A stretch of 64,000 nt of DNA from Vulcanimicrobiota bacterium (GTDB taxonomy: Bacteria; Vulcanimicrobiota; Vulcanimicrobiia; Vulcanimicrobiales; Vulcanimicrobiaceae). The DNA lies in the NCBI GenBank assembly GCA_963695225.1, contig OY968762.1:256001-320000 (forward strand). The letters run 5' to 3'. The number at the start of each line of letters is the position of its first letter. Within the stretch, counting starts at the first letter, position 1. The notes beneath the pieces are model-generated. The model saw nothing but the letters and a program-made list of their open reading frames with translations. It did no database searches and was not told the origin of the DNA. Position numbers and translations under genes: made by a program. Below are positions 19,355 through 29,327 of this stretch, one piece after another.

Positions 19355-20010
19355 TGCCCGCCGAAGACCCGCAAGCGCTGCTGCGCGAGAGCCGGCCGAG
19401 CTACGAAATCGGAGCGCTGGAAGAGGCCTCCGTACCAGCGGATCCCTTCGTGTTGTTCCGCACGTGGCTCGAGGATGCGCTTGCGTCTTCCGAGACAGAA
19501 CCGAACGCGATGGCGGTCGCGAGCGTCGATCCGAGCGCGCGCCCCTCGCTGCGCATGGTCTTGCTGCGCGGCTACGACGAGCGCGGCTTCGTATTCTTCA
19601 CGAACTACGAGAGCCGCAAGGGGCTCGAACTGGAGCTGAACGCGAACGCGGCGCTCCTGTGGTACTGGGGTTCGCTCCAACGCCAAATCCGCGTCGAGGG
19701 CGTCGCCGAGCAGATCGCCGCGGCGGATTCCGACGACTATTTCGCGCAGCGCCCGCGGGGCCATCGCATCGGCGCCTGGGCGTCCCCGCAGAGCCACGCC
19801 GTCGCGAGCCGCGCGGCCCTCGAAGCCCGCGTCGCCGAAGCCGAACGGCGTTTCGAGGGCCGCGAGGTCGACCGCCCGCCGCACTGGGGCGGTTACCGGG
19901 TCGCGCCCCTGTCGTTCGAATTCTGGCAAGGCCGCCCCAACCGCGTCCACGACCGCATCCGTTACCTGCGCGAAGGCTCCGCCTGGAAGATCAACCGCCT
20001 CGCCCCCTGA
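19354..20010 (+). CDS. pdxH: Pyridoxamine 5'-phosphate oxidase
   Basis: RMVLL, FFTNYESRKG, EFWQGR..R.HDR, RLAP. Confidence 0.96.
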   Translation: MPAEDPQALLRESRPSYEIGALEEASVPADPFVLFRTWLEDALASSETEPNAMAVASVDPSARPSLRMVLLRGYDERGFVFFTNYESRKGLELELNANAALLWYWGSLQRQIRVEGVAEQIAAADSDDYFAQRPRGHRIGAWASPQSHAVASRAALEARVAEAERRFEGREVDRPPHWGGYRVAPLSFEFWQGRPNRVHDRIRYLREGSAWKINRLAP

Positions 20011-20102
20011 CCGAACGTCACGGGGCGTTCAGCGTTGCCGATTCCCCGGTACCGTTTCCGAGCCAAGGGCAAGAACGAGGCGCCCCGAAAAAGGCCATCA
20101 CT

Positions 20103-20633
20103 ATGTCCGCGCTAACGGCGTCACGGCCTCGTCGCTTCAGTGTCGAGGAGTACATGGCCTCGAACCTCCCGGGGCACACGGAACTCATCGATGGAGTGAT
20201 TTACGAAGTGTCGCCCCGGAATCCCGCGCATGCCCATGCGGTCCGGATGTTGGCAGAGTTCCTATTCGACGGTCTCGACCGCAAGATCTCTATGATTCAG
20301 GTCCAAGACCCCATTGCCGTCGCCGGCTGGAAAGGCCAACACGCGCCTGAAGTCGACGTTGCGGTTTTGCGCAGAAAGCAATATGCGACAACGCCCGACG
20401 CTTCGAACACGCTCGCCGTCATCGAAGTCGCAGACACGACGTACAAAGACGACCGCGACGTCAAGATTCCACTCTACGAAGCGGCCGGAATTCCGGCATG
20501 GATCGTCAACGTTCCGCAACGGACCGTCGAGTTCTACGGAACGGAACGTCGCGACTATCACGAGGGCGAAATCTTCGAAGTCCTCGGCGTTGCCATCCCG
20601 GTCCCAGCTCTGTTCCTAGCGATCGAGGCGTAA
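20103..20633 (+). CDS. Uma2 family endonuclease
   Basis: ELIDG, PEVDVAVL, VIEVADTT..DR..K..Y..AGIP..WIVN. Confidence 0.88.
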   Translation: MSALTASRPRRFSVEEYMASNLPGHTELIDGVIYEVSPRNPAHAHAVRMLAEFLFDGLDRKISMIQVQDPIAVAGWKGQHAPEVDVAVLRRKQYATTPDASNTLAVIEVADTTYKDDRDVKIPLYEAAGIPAWIVNVPQRTVEFYGTERRDYHEGEIFEVLGVAIPVPALFLAIEA

Positions 20634-20781
20634 GCCGCCCCGCCCAACGCTACGTCGAAAGCCGAGCCGGCCGCCGAGTCGCCCGAACCCGCCCCCGAGC
20701 CGCCCGCCCGTCGCAGGGTGCGACGCGGCGAGCGGTTCGCCAGCCGAGGACTCGCCTGCCCGGCGGCTAACCTAGCGCGAG

Positions 20782-23700
20782 ATGTCCCGGCGAAGCGTCC
20801 TCGTGATCGGTTCGGGTCCGATCGTTATCGGGCAGGCTGCGGAATTCGACTATGCGGGCGTCCAGGCGTGCCGGGCGCTGCGAGAAGAAGGCCACCGCGT
20901 CATCCTCGTCAACTCGAACCCCGCGACGATCATGACGGACCCTGAGGTCGCCGATGCCGTCTATCTCGAGCCGCTCACCGTCGCCTCCCTGACGGCGATC
21001 GTCGAACGCGAACGCCCCGACGCGATCCTCCCGACGCTCGGCGGCCAAACCGGCCTCAACCTCGCCGTCGAACTCGACGAAGCGGGCACGATCGAACGCT
21101 TCGGCATCGAACTCCTCGGCACGCCGATCGAAACGATCAAACTTGCCGAAGACCGCGCGAAATTCAAAGAGGCGATGCTCGCGATCGGCGAGCCCGTCCC
21201 CGCGAGCGTCATCGTCACCGACGTCGAAGCCGGCGTCGATTTTGCGGCGATCCACAATTATCCGCTCGTCGTGCGCCCCGCCTACACGCTCGGCGGCACC
21301 GGCGGCGGCATCGTGCGCAGCGAAGCGGAACTGCGCGAGACGCTCCGCACGGGCCTCGACGCATCGCTCATCCACCAAGCCCTCGTCGAAACATCCCTCC
21401 TCGGCTGGAAGGAAATCGAATACGAAGTCCTGCGCGACCGCGCGGACAACTGCATCGTCGTTTGCAACATGGAGAACATCGATCCCGTCGGCGTCCACAC
21501 CGGCGATTCGATCGTGGTCGCGCCCTCGCAAACGCTCTCCGACGTGGAGTACCAGATGCTCCGCAGCGCGAGCATCAACGTCATTCGCGCGTTGAAAGTG
21601 CAAGGCGGCTGCAACATCCAATTCGCGCTGCACCCCGAGCGCAGCGAATATCAAATCATCGAAGTGAACCCGCGCGTCAGCCGCAGCTCCGCGCTCGCCT
21701 CGAAAGCCACCGGCTACCCGATCGCCAAGATCTCGACGAAGATCGCGCTCGGCCAAACGCTCGACGAAATCGAAAATCCCGTCACCGGCGTCACGAAAGC
21801 GGCCTACGAGCCGACGCTCGACTACTGCATCGTCAAGATCCCGCGCTGGCCGTTCGACAAGTTCCCCCGCGCCGACACGCGCCTCGGCACGCAGATGAAG
21901 TCGACCGGTGAAGCGATGGGCATCGGCCGCACGTTCGCAGCCGCATTCATGAAGGCCGTACGCGGCCTCGACCTCGGTCGCGAGACGCTGACCGGCGGAG
22001 CTTTCGAGAACCGGAGCGACGACGATCTCGAACCGCTCGTCGCCGAGGCGACGCACGAACGCCTCTTCGCGATCGCCGAACTCTTGCGCCGCGGGCGCTC
22101 CGTCGAGGAAATCTCGTACGCCTCGCAGATCGACCCATTCTGGCTCTACGAATTCGCGGAACTCGTAGAACTCGAGGAACGCTTGCGCGCGAACCCGACG
22201 CTCGCCGACGCACGCCTCGCGCGCGAAGCCGGCTACGGTCGCCTCGGCATCGAGCGCCTCGCCGGCGCCGAAGCCGCCGACGCGCTGATGCAAGCGGCAA
22301 GCGACGCCTCACCCACGGGCGAGACGAGTTTCCGCATGGTCGATACCGCCGCCGCCGAATTCCCCGCGCGCTCGCCGTATTACTATCTTTCGCGCTTCGA
22401 GCAAGACGAGATGCGCCGCCCCGAAAAAGAAGCGATCGTCGTCGTCGGTAGCGGCCCCATCCGCATCGGCCAAGGCATCGAGTTCGACTACTCCTGCGTG
22501 CATGCAGCCTGGGCGTTGCGAGAAGCCGGCCGCGCCGCCGTCGTCATCAACAACAATCCCGAAACGGTCTCGACAGATTTCGACATCTCCGACGTCCTCG
22601 TCTTCGAGCCGCCGGGCCCCGACGAAGTCCAAGCCGCCTACGAAGCGACCGGCGCGACGGGCGTGATGCTCGCATTCGGCGGCCAAACGGCGATCAACCT
22701 CGCTGAAGAACTCGCGCGCCGCGGCGTGCGCATCGTCGGCAGCGACCGCACGAGCCTCGACATGGCGGAAGATCGCGACAAGTTCGACGACGCGCTCCAA
22801 CGCCTCGGCGTCGCGCGCCCGAAGGGCCGCGCCGCGACCTCGTTCCGCCAAGCCCGCACGATCGCGCGCGAACTCGGCTTCCCCGTCCTCGTACGCCCCT
22901 CGTACGTGCTCGGCGGCCGCGGCATGGAGATCGTCTACAACGAAGGCCAACTCGCGTCGTACGTCGAGACCGCGCCGCCGATCACGCCGGGCGCCCCGCT
23001 CCTCGTCGACAAGTACCTCCCGGGCCTAGAAGTCGAAGTCGACGCCGTCTACGACGGCGACGATATCCTCATCCCCGGCATCTTCGAACACATCGAGCGA
23101 GCCGGCATCCATTCCGGCGATTCGATCAGCGTCTATCCGCCGCAGACGATCGCCCCCGCGATGGAAGAGCGCATCGTCGAAGTGACGACCGCGATCGCGC
23201 GCGAACTGCGCACGCGCGGCCTCATCAACATCCAGTTCGTCATCCACGAAGGCGAACTGCTGATCATCGAAGCGAACCCGCGCGCGAGCCGCACGGTCCC
23301 GATCATCTCGAAGGCGACCGGCGTCAACCTCGTCGCCGCCGCGACGCGCGTCGCGCTCGGCGAAAAGCTGCGCGATATGGAATACGGCACCGGTCTGATC
23401 CCGCGCGCGCCGTTCACCGTCGTGAAGATCCCCGTCTTCTCGTTCGCGAAGATGCGCGGCGTCGAGACGATGCTCGGCCCCGAAATGAAATCCACGGGCG
23501 AAGTCCTCGGCATCGACGCCACGTTCGCAGGCGCGTTGCGCAAGGGTTTCATCGCCGCCGGGCTGCGCCTCCCCAGCGGCGCGAACGGCGAGCGCCGCGC
23601 GCGCATCATCGCAACGATCTCGGATCAGGAAAAGCCGTTCGGCGTCGAGATCTTGCGGCGCTACGCCGCGCTCGGTCACGAGATCCTCGCGACCGCGGGC

Positions 23701-24027
23701 ACCTATCGCGCGCTCGCCGCCGCGGGAATCCCGGCCGTCGAGATCAACCGCATCGCCGACGGCTCGCCGCACGTCCTCGACGCGATCCTCCGCCGCGAAG
23801 CCGACCTCGTGATCAACGACGCAGCCGGCCCCCGCGAAATCAGCGACGGCTACCGAATCCGCCGCGCCGCGGTCGAAGCCAGCATCGCCTGCCTAACGAG
23901 CTTGGACACCGCCCGCGCCCTGGTCCAAGCCCTTGAATCCTCCGCCGGCCCGCCCCGCTCTCTGCAAGAATACCAAGCCTCAGCCCACCCGATCCCCTAC
24001 GGTCACCCGGAGCTCGTCGAAGGGTGA
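20782..24027 (+). CDS. carB: Carbamoyl-phosphate synthase large subunit
   Basis: GSGPIVIGQAAEFDY, duplicated ATP-grasp domains, C-terminal MGS domain. Confidence 0.97.
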   Translation: MSRRSVLVIGSGPIVIGQAAEFDYAGVQACRALREEGHRVILVNSNPATIMTDPEVADAVYLEPLTVASLTAIVERERPDAILPTLGGQTGLNLAVELDEAGTIERFGIELLGTPIETIKLAEDRAKFKEAMLAIGEPVPASVIVTDVEAGVDFAAIHNYPLVVRPAYTLGGTGGGIVRSEAELRETLRTGLDASLIHQALVETSLLGWKEIEYEVLRDRADNCIVVCNMENIDPVGVHTGDSIVVAPSQTLSDVEYQMLRSASINVIRALKVQGGCNIQFALHPERSEYQIIEVNPRVSRSSALASKATGYPIAKISTKIALGQTLDEIENPVTGVTKAAYEPTLDYCIVKIPRWPFDKFPRADTRLGTQMKSTGEAMGIGRTFAAAFMKAVRGLDLGRETLTGGAFENRSDDDLEPLVAEATHERLFAIAELLRRGRSVEEISYASQIDPFWLYEFAELVELEERLRANPTLADARLAREAGYGRLGIERLAGAEAADALMQAASDASPTGETSFRMVDTAAAEFPARSPYYYLSRFEQDEMRRPEKEAIVVVGSGPIRIGQGIEFDYSCVHAAWALREAGRAAVVINNNPETVSTDFDISDVLVFEPPGPDEVQAAYEATGATGVMLAFGGQTAINLAEELARRGVRIVGSDRTSLDMAEDRDKFDDALQRLGVARPKGRAATSFRQARTIARELGFPVLVRPSYVLGGRGMEIVYNEGQLASYVETAPPITPGAPLLVDKYLPGLEVEVDAVYDGDDILIPGIFEHIERAGIHSGDSISVYPPQTIAPAMEERIVEVTTAIARELRTRGLINIQFVIHEGELLIIEANPRASRTVPIISKATGVNLVAAATRVALGEKLRDMEYGTGLIPRAPFTVVKIPVFSFAKMRGVETMLGPEMKSTGEVLGIDATFAGALRKGFIAAGLRLPSGANGERRARIIATISDQEKPFGVEILRRYAALGHEILATAGTYRALAAAGIPAVEINRIADGSPHVLDAILRREADLVINDAAGPREISDGYRIRRAAVEASIACLTSLDTARALVQALESSAGPPRSLQEYQASAHPIPYGHPELVEG

Positions 24028-24051
24028 GCCCGAGCCGTCGCTCGACGGCTC
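24002..24051. repeat. REP-like palindromic element overlapping the carB 3' end
   Basis: GTCACCCGGAGCTCGTCGAAGGGTGA (TCACCC/GGGTGA stem) plus GAGCCGTCG-CT-CGACGGCTC hairpin between convergent genes. Confidence 0.55.
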
Positions 24052-26377
24052 ACGGGCAAGCCGCGCCGCCTTCGCACATCAGCTTCTGCGTGAAATACGT
24101 GAACTCGAGCGCGTTCGTGAAGGAGCGCTCTTTGATGTTGGCCCCCGAGCCGTGGCCGCCTTCGGTCACCTCGTAGAAGAGATATGGGATCCCGAGCGAC
24201 GCGAGCTTAGCGGCAAACTTGCGCGCGTGCTGCGGCCCCACGCGATCGTCCTTCGTCGTCGTCCAGATGAACGGCTCGGGATACTGCACGCCCGCCTTGA
24301 CGTTGTGATACGGCGAGATCGAAGCGAGGAACGCGCGCTCCGCAGGGTTCGAAACGCTCCCGTACTCCCCGACCCACGACGCGCCCGCTTGGATCTGTTC
24401 GAAGCGCAGCATATCGAGCAGCGGCACCTGAATGTCGACCGCGTTCCAGAGTTCCGGCCGCTGCACGAACTCGACGCCGACCAGTAACCCTCCGTTCGAC
24501 CCGCCCTGAATCCCGAGATGTCGCGGGCTCGTGATCTTTCGCGCGATCAAGTCTTCGCCGACGGCGGCGAAATCGTCGTAGATTCGCTGCCGGTGCGTCT
24601 TGAGGCCGGCCTCGTGCCAGGCGGGCCCGAACTCGCCCCCGCCGCGAATGTTCGCGAGCGCGTAGACGCCCCCGCGCGCGAGCCACAGCTTCCCCACCAC
24701 GCCGCTGTAGTACGGCGTCATGGAGGCAGCAAAACCGCCGTATCCGTCGAGGATCGTCGCGTTGTTCCCGTCGTAGGTCAACGTCTTCGGGCGCACCACG
24801 AAATAGGGGATGCGCGTGCCGTCTCGCGAGGTCGCCTCATGCTGCTCGACGACGTCCCGCGTCGCATCGAACTTCGGCGCGATCGCCTTCGCGATCGAGG
24901 CCTTTCCGGAAGCGGTATCGACTCGCCAGAGCGTCGTCGGCACGAGGAAACTCGTCGCCGTCACGAACGCGTCCGTGCCGCTCTCGTCCGCCGCTTCGAA
25001 CTCGACCGTCGAGTTGTCCGGCACGTCGAGACGGCGTATCGACCAGCCCGTCCTGCCCGCGGGCGTGTAGACGAACGCGCGCCCGCGCACGTTCTCGTAC
25101 GTCGTCACGACGAGGTGGTCGCGCGTCGTGCCGAGGCTCCCGAACGTCTCGCGCGGCCCCGGCGCATAGACGAGGCTCGCCTTGAGATGCTGCGGATCGG
25201 CCGCGGCCGCGGCGAGGTCGACGGCGACGAGCGCCCCTTCCGGGAACCTGACGCCGTCCGCATTCCAAGGCGCCTCGAGGTGAATCACGAGACGTCCGCC
25301 GACGAGCGCCGAAAGATTCGATTTCAACGGCAGCGCGAGCTTGCGCGGGCCAGACGCCGTGACGAGCAGCTTCTCCGTTTCGAAGAACGAGACGAGGCGA
25401 ACGATGTAATTCGCGCGGTGCCCGTGCCCGTCGCGCAGGCTGCCCGCCTCGACGCCGACGTCGCCCTTCGTTCCACGGAACACTTCGCTCGCACGCGCGA
25501 GCGGCTGTCCGCGCTCGAGGTGCTTGACCACGTACGGATAACCGGATGCGGTAAGCTCCCTCGGGGCCCATTCGCGCGCTACCAGCAGCGCGTCGTCGCC
25601 GCTCCAGGCGGCGGACTGCTTGCCGCGCGGCAGCGAGAATCCGCCCGGGACGAAGCGTTTGCGCAGCAGATCGAACTCGCGCACGGTCGAGGCGTCTTCC
25701 CCGCCCTCGGAGAGCGAGATCAGACAGCGGCTCCCGCTCGGCGAAGCGCAATCGGCATCTTGCCAGATCCAATTCTTCCCTTCCGAGCGGGCCAGCGCAT
25801 CGAGATCGATCAGCGTCACCCACGAGGGTTTGGCTTTGCCGTAATCGGCAAGCGTCGTCGTGCGCCAAATGCCGCGCACGTGTGTTGAATCCCGCCAGAA
25901 ATTGTAGACGCGCCCGTTCACGATCTGCGGATACGGAATGCGATCCTCGGCCTCGCCGATCTTGAGCGCATCCGCATAAAACCCGGCGAAATGCGGGTCC
26001 TTTTGAAGAACCGCGAGGGTCTTGGCGTTCTCGCCTTTCACCCATTCGAGCGCCCGCGCCCCGTTGAGCTCTTCGAGCCAAAGAAACGGATCCGCGTCAG
26101 CCGCGCTCGTGCCGCTTCCGCCCGGCACCACCGGCGGAGTAGAGACGCTCGCCGCCCCGGGCGGAGTCTCGCTCGCCGGTTGGGCGCCGGCGAGCGTGCC
26201 GGCACCGATCGATGCAAGAAGAAGAACTAGGGCAAGTGCGCGCAGCAGCAAGGGACCTCCGATCCTAAGCGCGAGCCATTTCGCCGCCGAAGCCGCAGGC
26301 CCGCCGCCGAGCCCCCGGATCCCGCCGGACCGCGGGGCTCGATCAAAGCTGCACTTGACCCGGCGCAATGGCGTCAA
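24050..26377 (-). CDS. Prolyl oligopeptidase family (S9A) serine peptidase, secreted; true start probably near 26245
   Basis: DPFLWLEE, NIRGGGEFGPAWH, GGSNGGLL, DDRV, GGHG; signal-peptide-like LLLRALALVLLLA. Confidence 0.93.
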   Translation of the reverse strand: MTPLRRVKCSFDRAPRSGGIRGLGGGPAASAAKWLALRIGGPLLLRALALVLLLASIGAGTLAGAQPASETPPGAASVSTPPVVPGGSGTSAADADPFLWLEELNGARALEWVKGENAKTLAVLQKDPHFAGFYADALKIGEAEDRIPYPQIVNGRVYNFWRDSTHVRGIWRTTTLADYGKAKPSWVTLIDLDALARSEGKNWIWQDADCASPSGSRCLISLSEGGEDASTVREFDLLRKRFVPGGFSLPRGKQSAAWSGDDALLVAREWAPRELTASGYPYVVKHLERGQPLARASEVFRGTKGDVGVEAGSLRDGHGHRANYIVRLVSFFETEKLLVTASGPRKLALPLKSNLSALVGGRLVIHLEAPWNADGVRFPEGALVAVDLAAAAADPQHLKASLVYAPGPRETFGSLGTTRDHLVVTTYENVRGRAFVYTPAGRTGWSIRRLDVPDNSTVEFEAADESGTDAFVTATSFLVPTTLWRVDTASGKASIAKAIAPKFDATRDVVEQHEATSRDGTRIPYFVVRPKTLTYDGNNATILDGYGGFAASMTPYYSGVVGKLWLARGGVYALANIRGGGEFGPAWHEAGLKTHRQRIYDDFAAVGEDLIARKITSPRHLGIQGGSNGGLLVGVEFVQRPELWNAVDIQVPLLDMLRFEQIQAGASWVGEYGSVSNPAERAFLASISPYHNVKAGVQYPEPFIWTTTKDDRVGPQHARKFAAKLASLGIPYLFYEVTEGGHGSGANIKERSFTNALEFTYFTQKLMCEGGAACP

Positions 26378-26380
26378 CGG

Positions 26381-26926
26381 TCAGCCTGGAACGTGCATTT
26401 TGTCGAACATCGTTCGCAACGGCAGGACGAGATCCGGGATGATTTTCGGCGCGTAGCTTTCAACGGCGGCAACGCGCTCGAAGCGCCCGTTGCAATCGTA
26501 GGCGTCGACCGTGCGCGCCTCGGGGTTTGCGATGAGTTCGAGGATGACGCCCCACTTGAAATACACACGCCGCTTTTCATCGACGTCGTCTTGCCGATCG
26601 TCCGGCGAGAGAATCTCAACGACGATTTCGGGAGCGACGGTGGGCGTCTGCCGTTCCTGGGCCGTCAGCGGGCGCAGCCGGTCGAACGACATGTACGCGA
26701 CGTCCGGCACGAGCGGGCGAATGTCTTCGCCGGGCGGCGAAGCGCGGAAACGCCACTCGGTGACGACGGCGCCACGGTCGGCAGCCCAGGCTTGCAGCGC
26801 TTGGGCAAAGGCAAGTTGCAGCACGCCGTGATTGAACGTCGGGCTCACTTTACGGAGCGGGCGGTCGAGGATCCACTCGGTTGCCGGCTCGGTTTCTGGC
26901 AGAACGATCTCGCGGACGGCGCGCAT
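26381..26926 (-). CDS. Uma2 family endonuclease
   Basis: LVPDVAY, APEIVVEILSPDD, K..YF..GV. Confidence 0.9.
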   Translation of the reverse strand: MRAVREIVLPETEPATEWILDRPLRKVSPTFNHGVLQLAFAQALQAWAADRGAVVTEWRFRASPPGEDIRPLVPDVAYMSFDRLRPLTAQERQTPTVAPEIVVEILSPDDRQDDVDEKRRVYFKWGVILELIANPEARTVDAYDCNGRFERVAAVESYAPKIIPDLVLPLRTMFDKMHVPG

Positions 26927-27057
26927 AGCCTCATGCTCCCGGGCCTTTCGAAAGAGTATATCGCGCCGTCGCAGCCGAGCGACAAGGGGTGTCCTTGAAA
27001 AGAGGACCTTCCGGCCTTCTTGGTCAGGCCGGAATCGCGTTATCATAGCTGCATTTC

Positions 27058-27729
27058 ATGAATGCAGCCGCCGGGAACTCGGCCCTCGAAGCGATCGTGC
27101 TGGAGGCGCTCGCGCCCTGCCCGCATTTTTCCGATGCCTGCGCCGGGTGCGCCCGCTGGGATCCGGCGCGCGGCTTCATCCCGCGCGGGTTTCTCGGCGC
27201 AGCGCCCTCGCCGGACACGCCCCGGCTCGTCCTTGCCCTTCCTGAACCGGGCGAGCCCGTCACGGGCGAGGTCTATTCCGGCACGCCCCCGGAACTCTTC
27301 GAAGCGGTGACGGCGCGCGCACGCGCGGCACTCGAGGACGCGCCGTCGAATGCCGCGGCGCGCCCGTATCATCGCAACCTGCGCAAGATTCTGGATGCAT
27401 TCTGGCCGGCGGCCGGGCTCGGGGAACAACTCGCGAAGACGTGGATCGCTCCGGCGGTGCTGTGCTCGTCGTCCGCCCCCCGCGGGAGCGTCCCGCGCCG
27501 CATGGAGGCGGCCTGTCTGCGCGCCTATTTTCGCAGGGAGATGGAAGCGCTCGGCGACGTCTTCATCGTCACGCTGGGCGCGAGAGCGTGCGAGCGCCTC
27601 GAGCGCGGCGGAATCTCGCCCGACTTCGTGGCGCAGCATCCGAGCGCGCGCCCGATCACGCGCCCCGAGCGAAGCTGGATCGCCAGCGCCGCCGCGTTCC
27701 GGACCTGGCTGAAGGGCCGCACGGGATAG
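27058..27729 (+). CDS. Divergent uracil-DNA glycosylase superfamily protein
   Basis: LVLALPEPG (motif A-like), AVLC, C..YF.RE, IVTLG..A, QHPSAR (motif B-like); Cys cluster CPHFSDAC..C. Confidence 0.6.
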   Translation: MNAAAGNSALEAIVLEALAPCPHFSDACAGCARWDPARGFIPRGFLGAAPSPDTPRLVLALPEPGEPVTGEVYSGTPPELFEAVTARARAALEDAPSNAAARPYHRNLRKILDAFWPAAGLGEQLAKTWIAPAVLCSSSAPRGSVPRRMEAACLRAYFRREMEALGDVFIVTLGARACERLERGGISPDFVAQHPSARPITRPERSWIASAAAFRTWLKGRTG

Positions 27730-27782
27730 CTCGCCTCGCCCGCCGGGGAGTGCCGGAGACATCCGGGCGCGAAGCCGCGCGA

Positions 27783-29327
27783 ATGACGGAAACCGCCGGC
27801 ACGATCGTATTGGACGGGCGCCGCCTGCGCCTCGACGACATCGAGGCGGTCGCGCTCCGCGGCGCCCCCGTCGCCGTCACCGGAGAAGCGCGCACGCGCG
27901 TCGCAGCGGCTCGCGCCGCCGTCGAACGCCAGGTCGCGCGCGGCGCGATCGTCTACGGCATCACCACCGGCTTCGGCCGGATGGCGAACGTCGCGATCGA
28001 CGCGCGCGACACCCGGCAACTCCAACTCAACCTCGTCCGCAGCCACGCCGCGGGCACCGGCCCGCCGTTGCCGGACGCGCAGGTCCGCGCCGCCGGCGTG
28101 CTCCGCGTGAGTTCGCTCGCAGCCGGCCACTCCGGCATCAAACTCGAGACGCTCGACCTGCTCGTCGAAATCCTCAACCGCGGCGTCACGCCGGTCGTCC
28201 CGTCGCAAGGCTCCGTCGGCGCCAGCGGCGACCTGGCGCCCCTCGCGCACATGACGCTCACGCTGATCGGCGAAGGCGAAGCCGCGTATCGCGGCGAGCG
28301 CCTGCCCAGCGCCGAAGCGCTCCGCCGCGCGGGCCTCGCGCCGATCGAATTAGGTGCGAAAGAAGGCCTCTCGCTCATCAACGGCACCGAAGTCATGACC
28401 GCGATCGCCGCGCTCTGCGTGCTCCGCGCGGAACGCCTGCTCGCCGCCGCCGACGTGATCGGCGCGCTCTCGGTCGAAGCGTTCCTCGCGACGGACAACG
28501 TCTACGATCGCCGCATCAACGCGCTGCGCCCCCATCCCGGCCAAGGCCGCGTCGCCGGCCGCCTGCGCGAACTCGTCGCCGATTCCGAGATCATGCAATC
28601 GCATCGCGATTGCGGCCGCGTGCAAGACCCGTATTCGTTCCGCGTGATCCCCGTCGTGCACGGCGCCGCGCGCGACGCGGCGGCCTACGTCCGCGGCGTC
28701 GTCGAAATCGAAGCGATCTCCGTAACCGACAACCCGCTCGTCTTCCCCGATGACGACGAATTCCTGACGGGCGGAAACTTCCACGGCCAGCCGGTCGCGC
28801 TCGCCTCCGATTTCCTGAAGATCGCGATGGCCGAACTCGCGAGCATCAGCGAGCGGCGCACCTACTTGCTGCTCAACGGCGAAGAGCGCGGCCTGCCGCT
28901 CTTCCTCTCGCGCAAGCCCGGCCTCGAATCCGGCCTGATGCTCGTGCAGTACTGCGCGGCCTCCCTCGTCAGCGAAAACAAAGGGCTCGCGCATCCCGCA
29001 AGCGTCGATTCGATCCCGACCTCCGCGGGCCAAGAGGACCACGTCTCGATGGGCACGATCGCCGCGCGCACGCTCGACCGCCTGCTCGACAACGTGGAGG
29101 GCGCGCTCGCCTGCGAACTGCTCGCCGCCCTCGCTGCAACGGATTTCCGGCGCCCGTTGCATTCGGGCCGCGGCACCGCCGCAGCCTATGCCGCAGCGCG
29201 CTCCACGATCCCCCCGCTCGACGGCGACCGCAGCCCCGCACCGGACATCGAAGCCGCCCGCGACCTGCTCCGCTCCGGAGCGCTCGTGGCAGCCGCAGAA
29301 GAAGCGATCGGAGGAACGTTGCGATGA
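27783..29327 (+). CDS. hutH: Histidine ammonia-lyase
   Basis: [14 protein letters not shown] (MIO-forming ASG), [21 protein letters not shown]. Confidence 0.96.
   Translation: MTETAGTIVLDGRRLRLDDIEAVALRGAPVAVTGEARTRVAAARAAVERQVARGAIVYGITTGFGRMANVAIDARDTRQLQLNLVRSHAAGTGPPLPDAQVRAAGVLRVSSLAAGHSGIKLETLDLLVEILNRGVTPVVPSQGSVGASGDLAPLAHMTLTLIGEGEAAYRGERLPSAEALRRAGLAPIELGAKEGLSLINGTEVMTAIAALCVLRAERLLAAADVIGALSVEAFLATDNVYDRRINALRPHPGQGRVAGRLRELVADSEIMQSHRDCGRVQDPYSFRVIPVVHGAARDAAAYVRGVVEIEAISVTDNPLVFPDDDEFLTGGNFHGQPVALASDFLKIAMAELASISERRTYLLLNGEERGLPLFLSRKPGLESGLMLVQYCAASLVSENKGLAHPASVDSIPTSAGQEDHVSMGTIAARTLDRLLDNVEGALACELLAALAATDFRRPLHSGRGTAAAYAAARSTIPPLDGDRSPAPDIEAARDLLRSGALVAAAEEAIGGTLR

Noticed and set aside
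20634..20740. C-rich quasi-repeats (CCGAGCC/CCGAACC) before carB
   Set aside because: Short, degenerate and low-complexity, with no consistent period or structure
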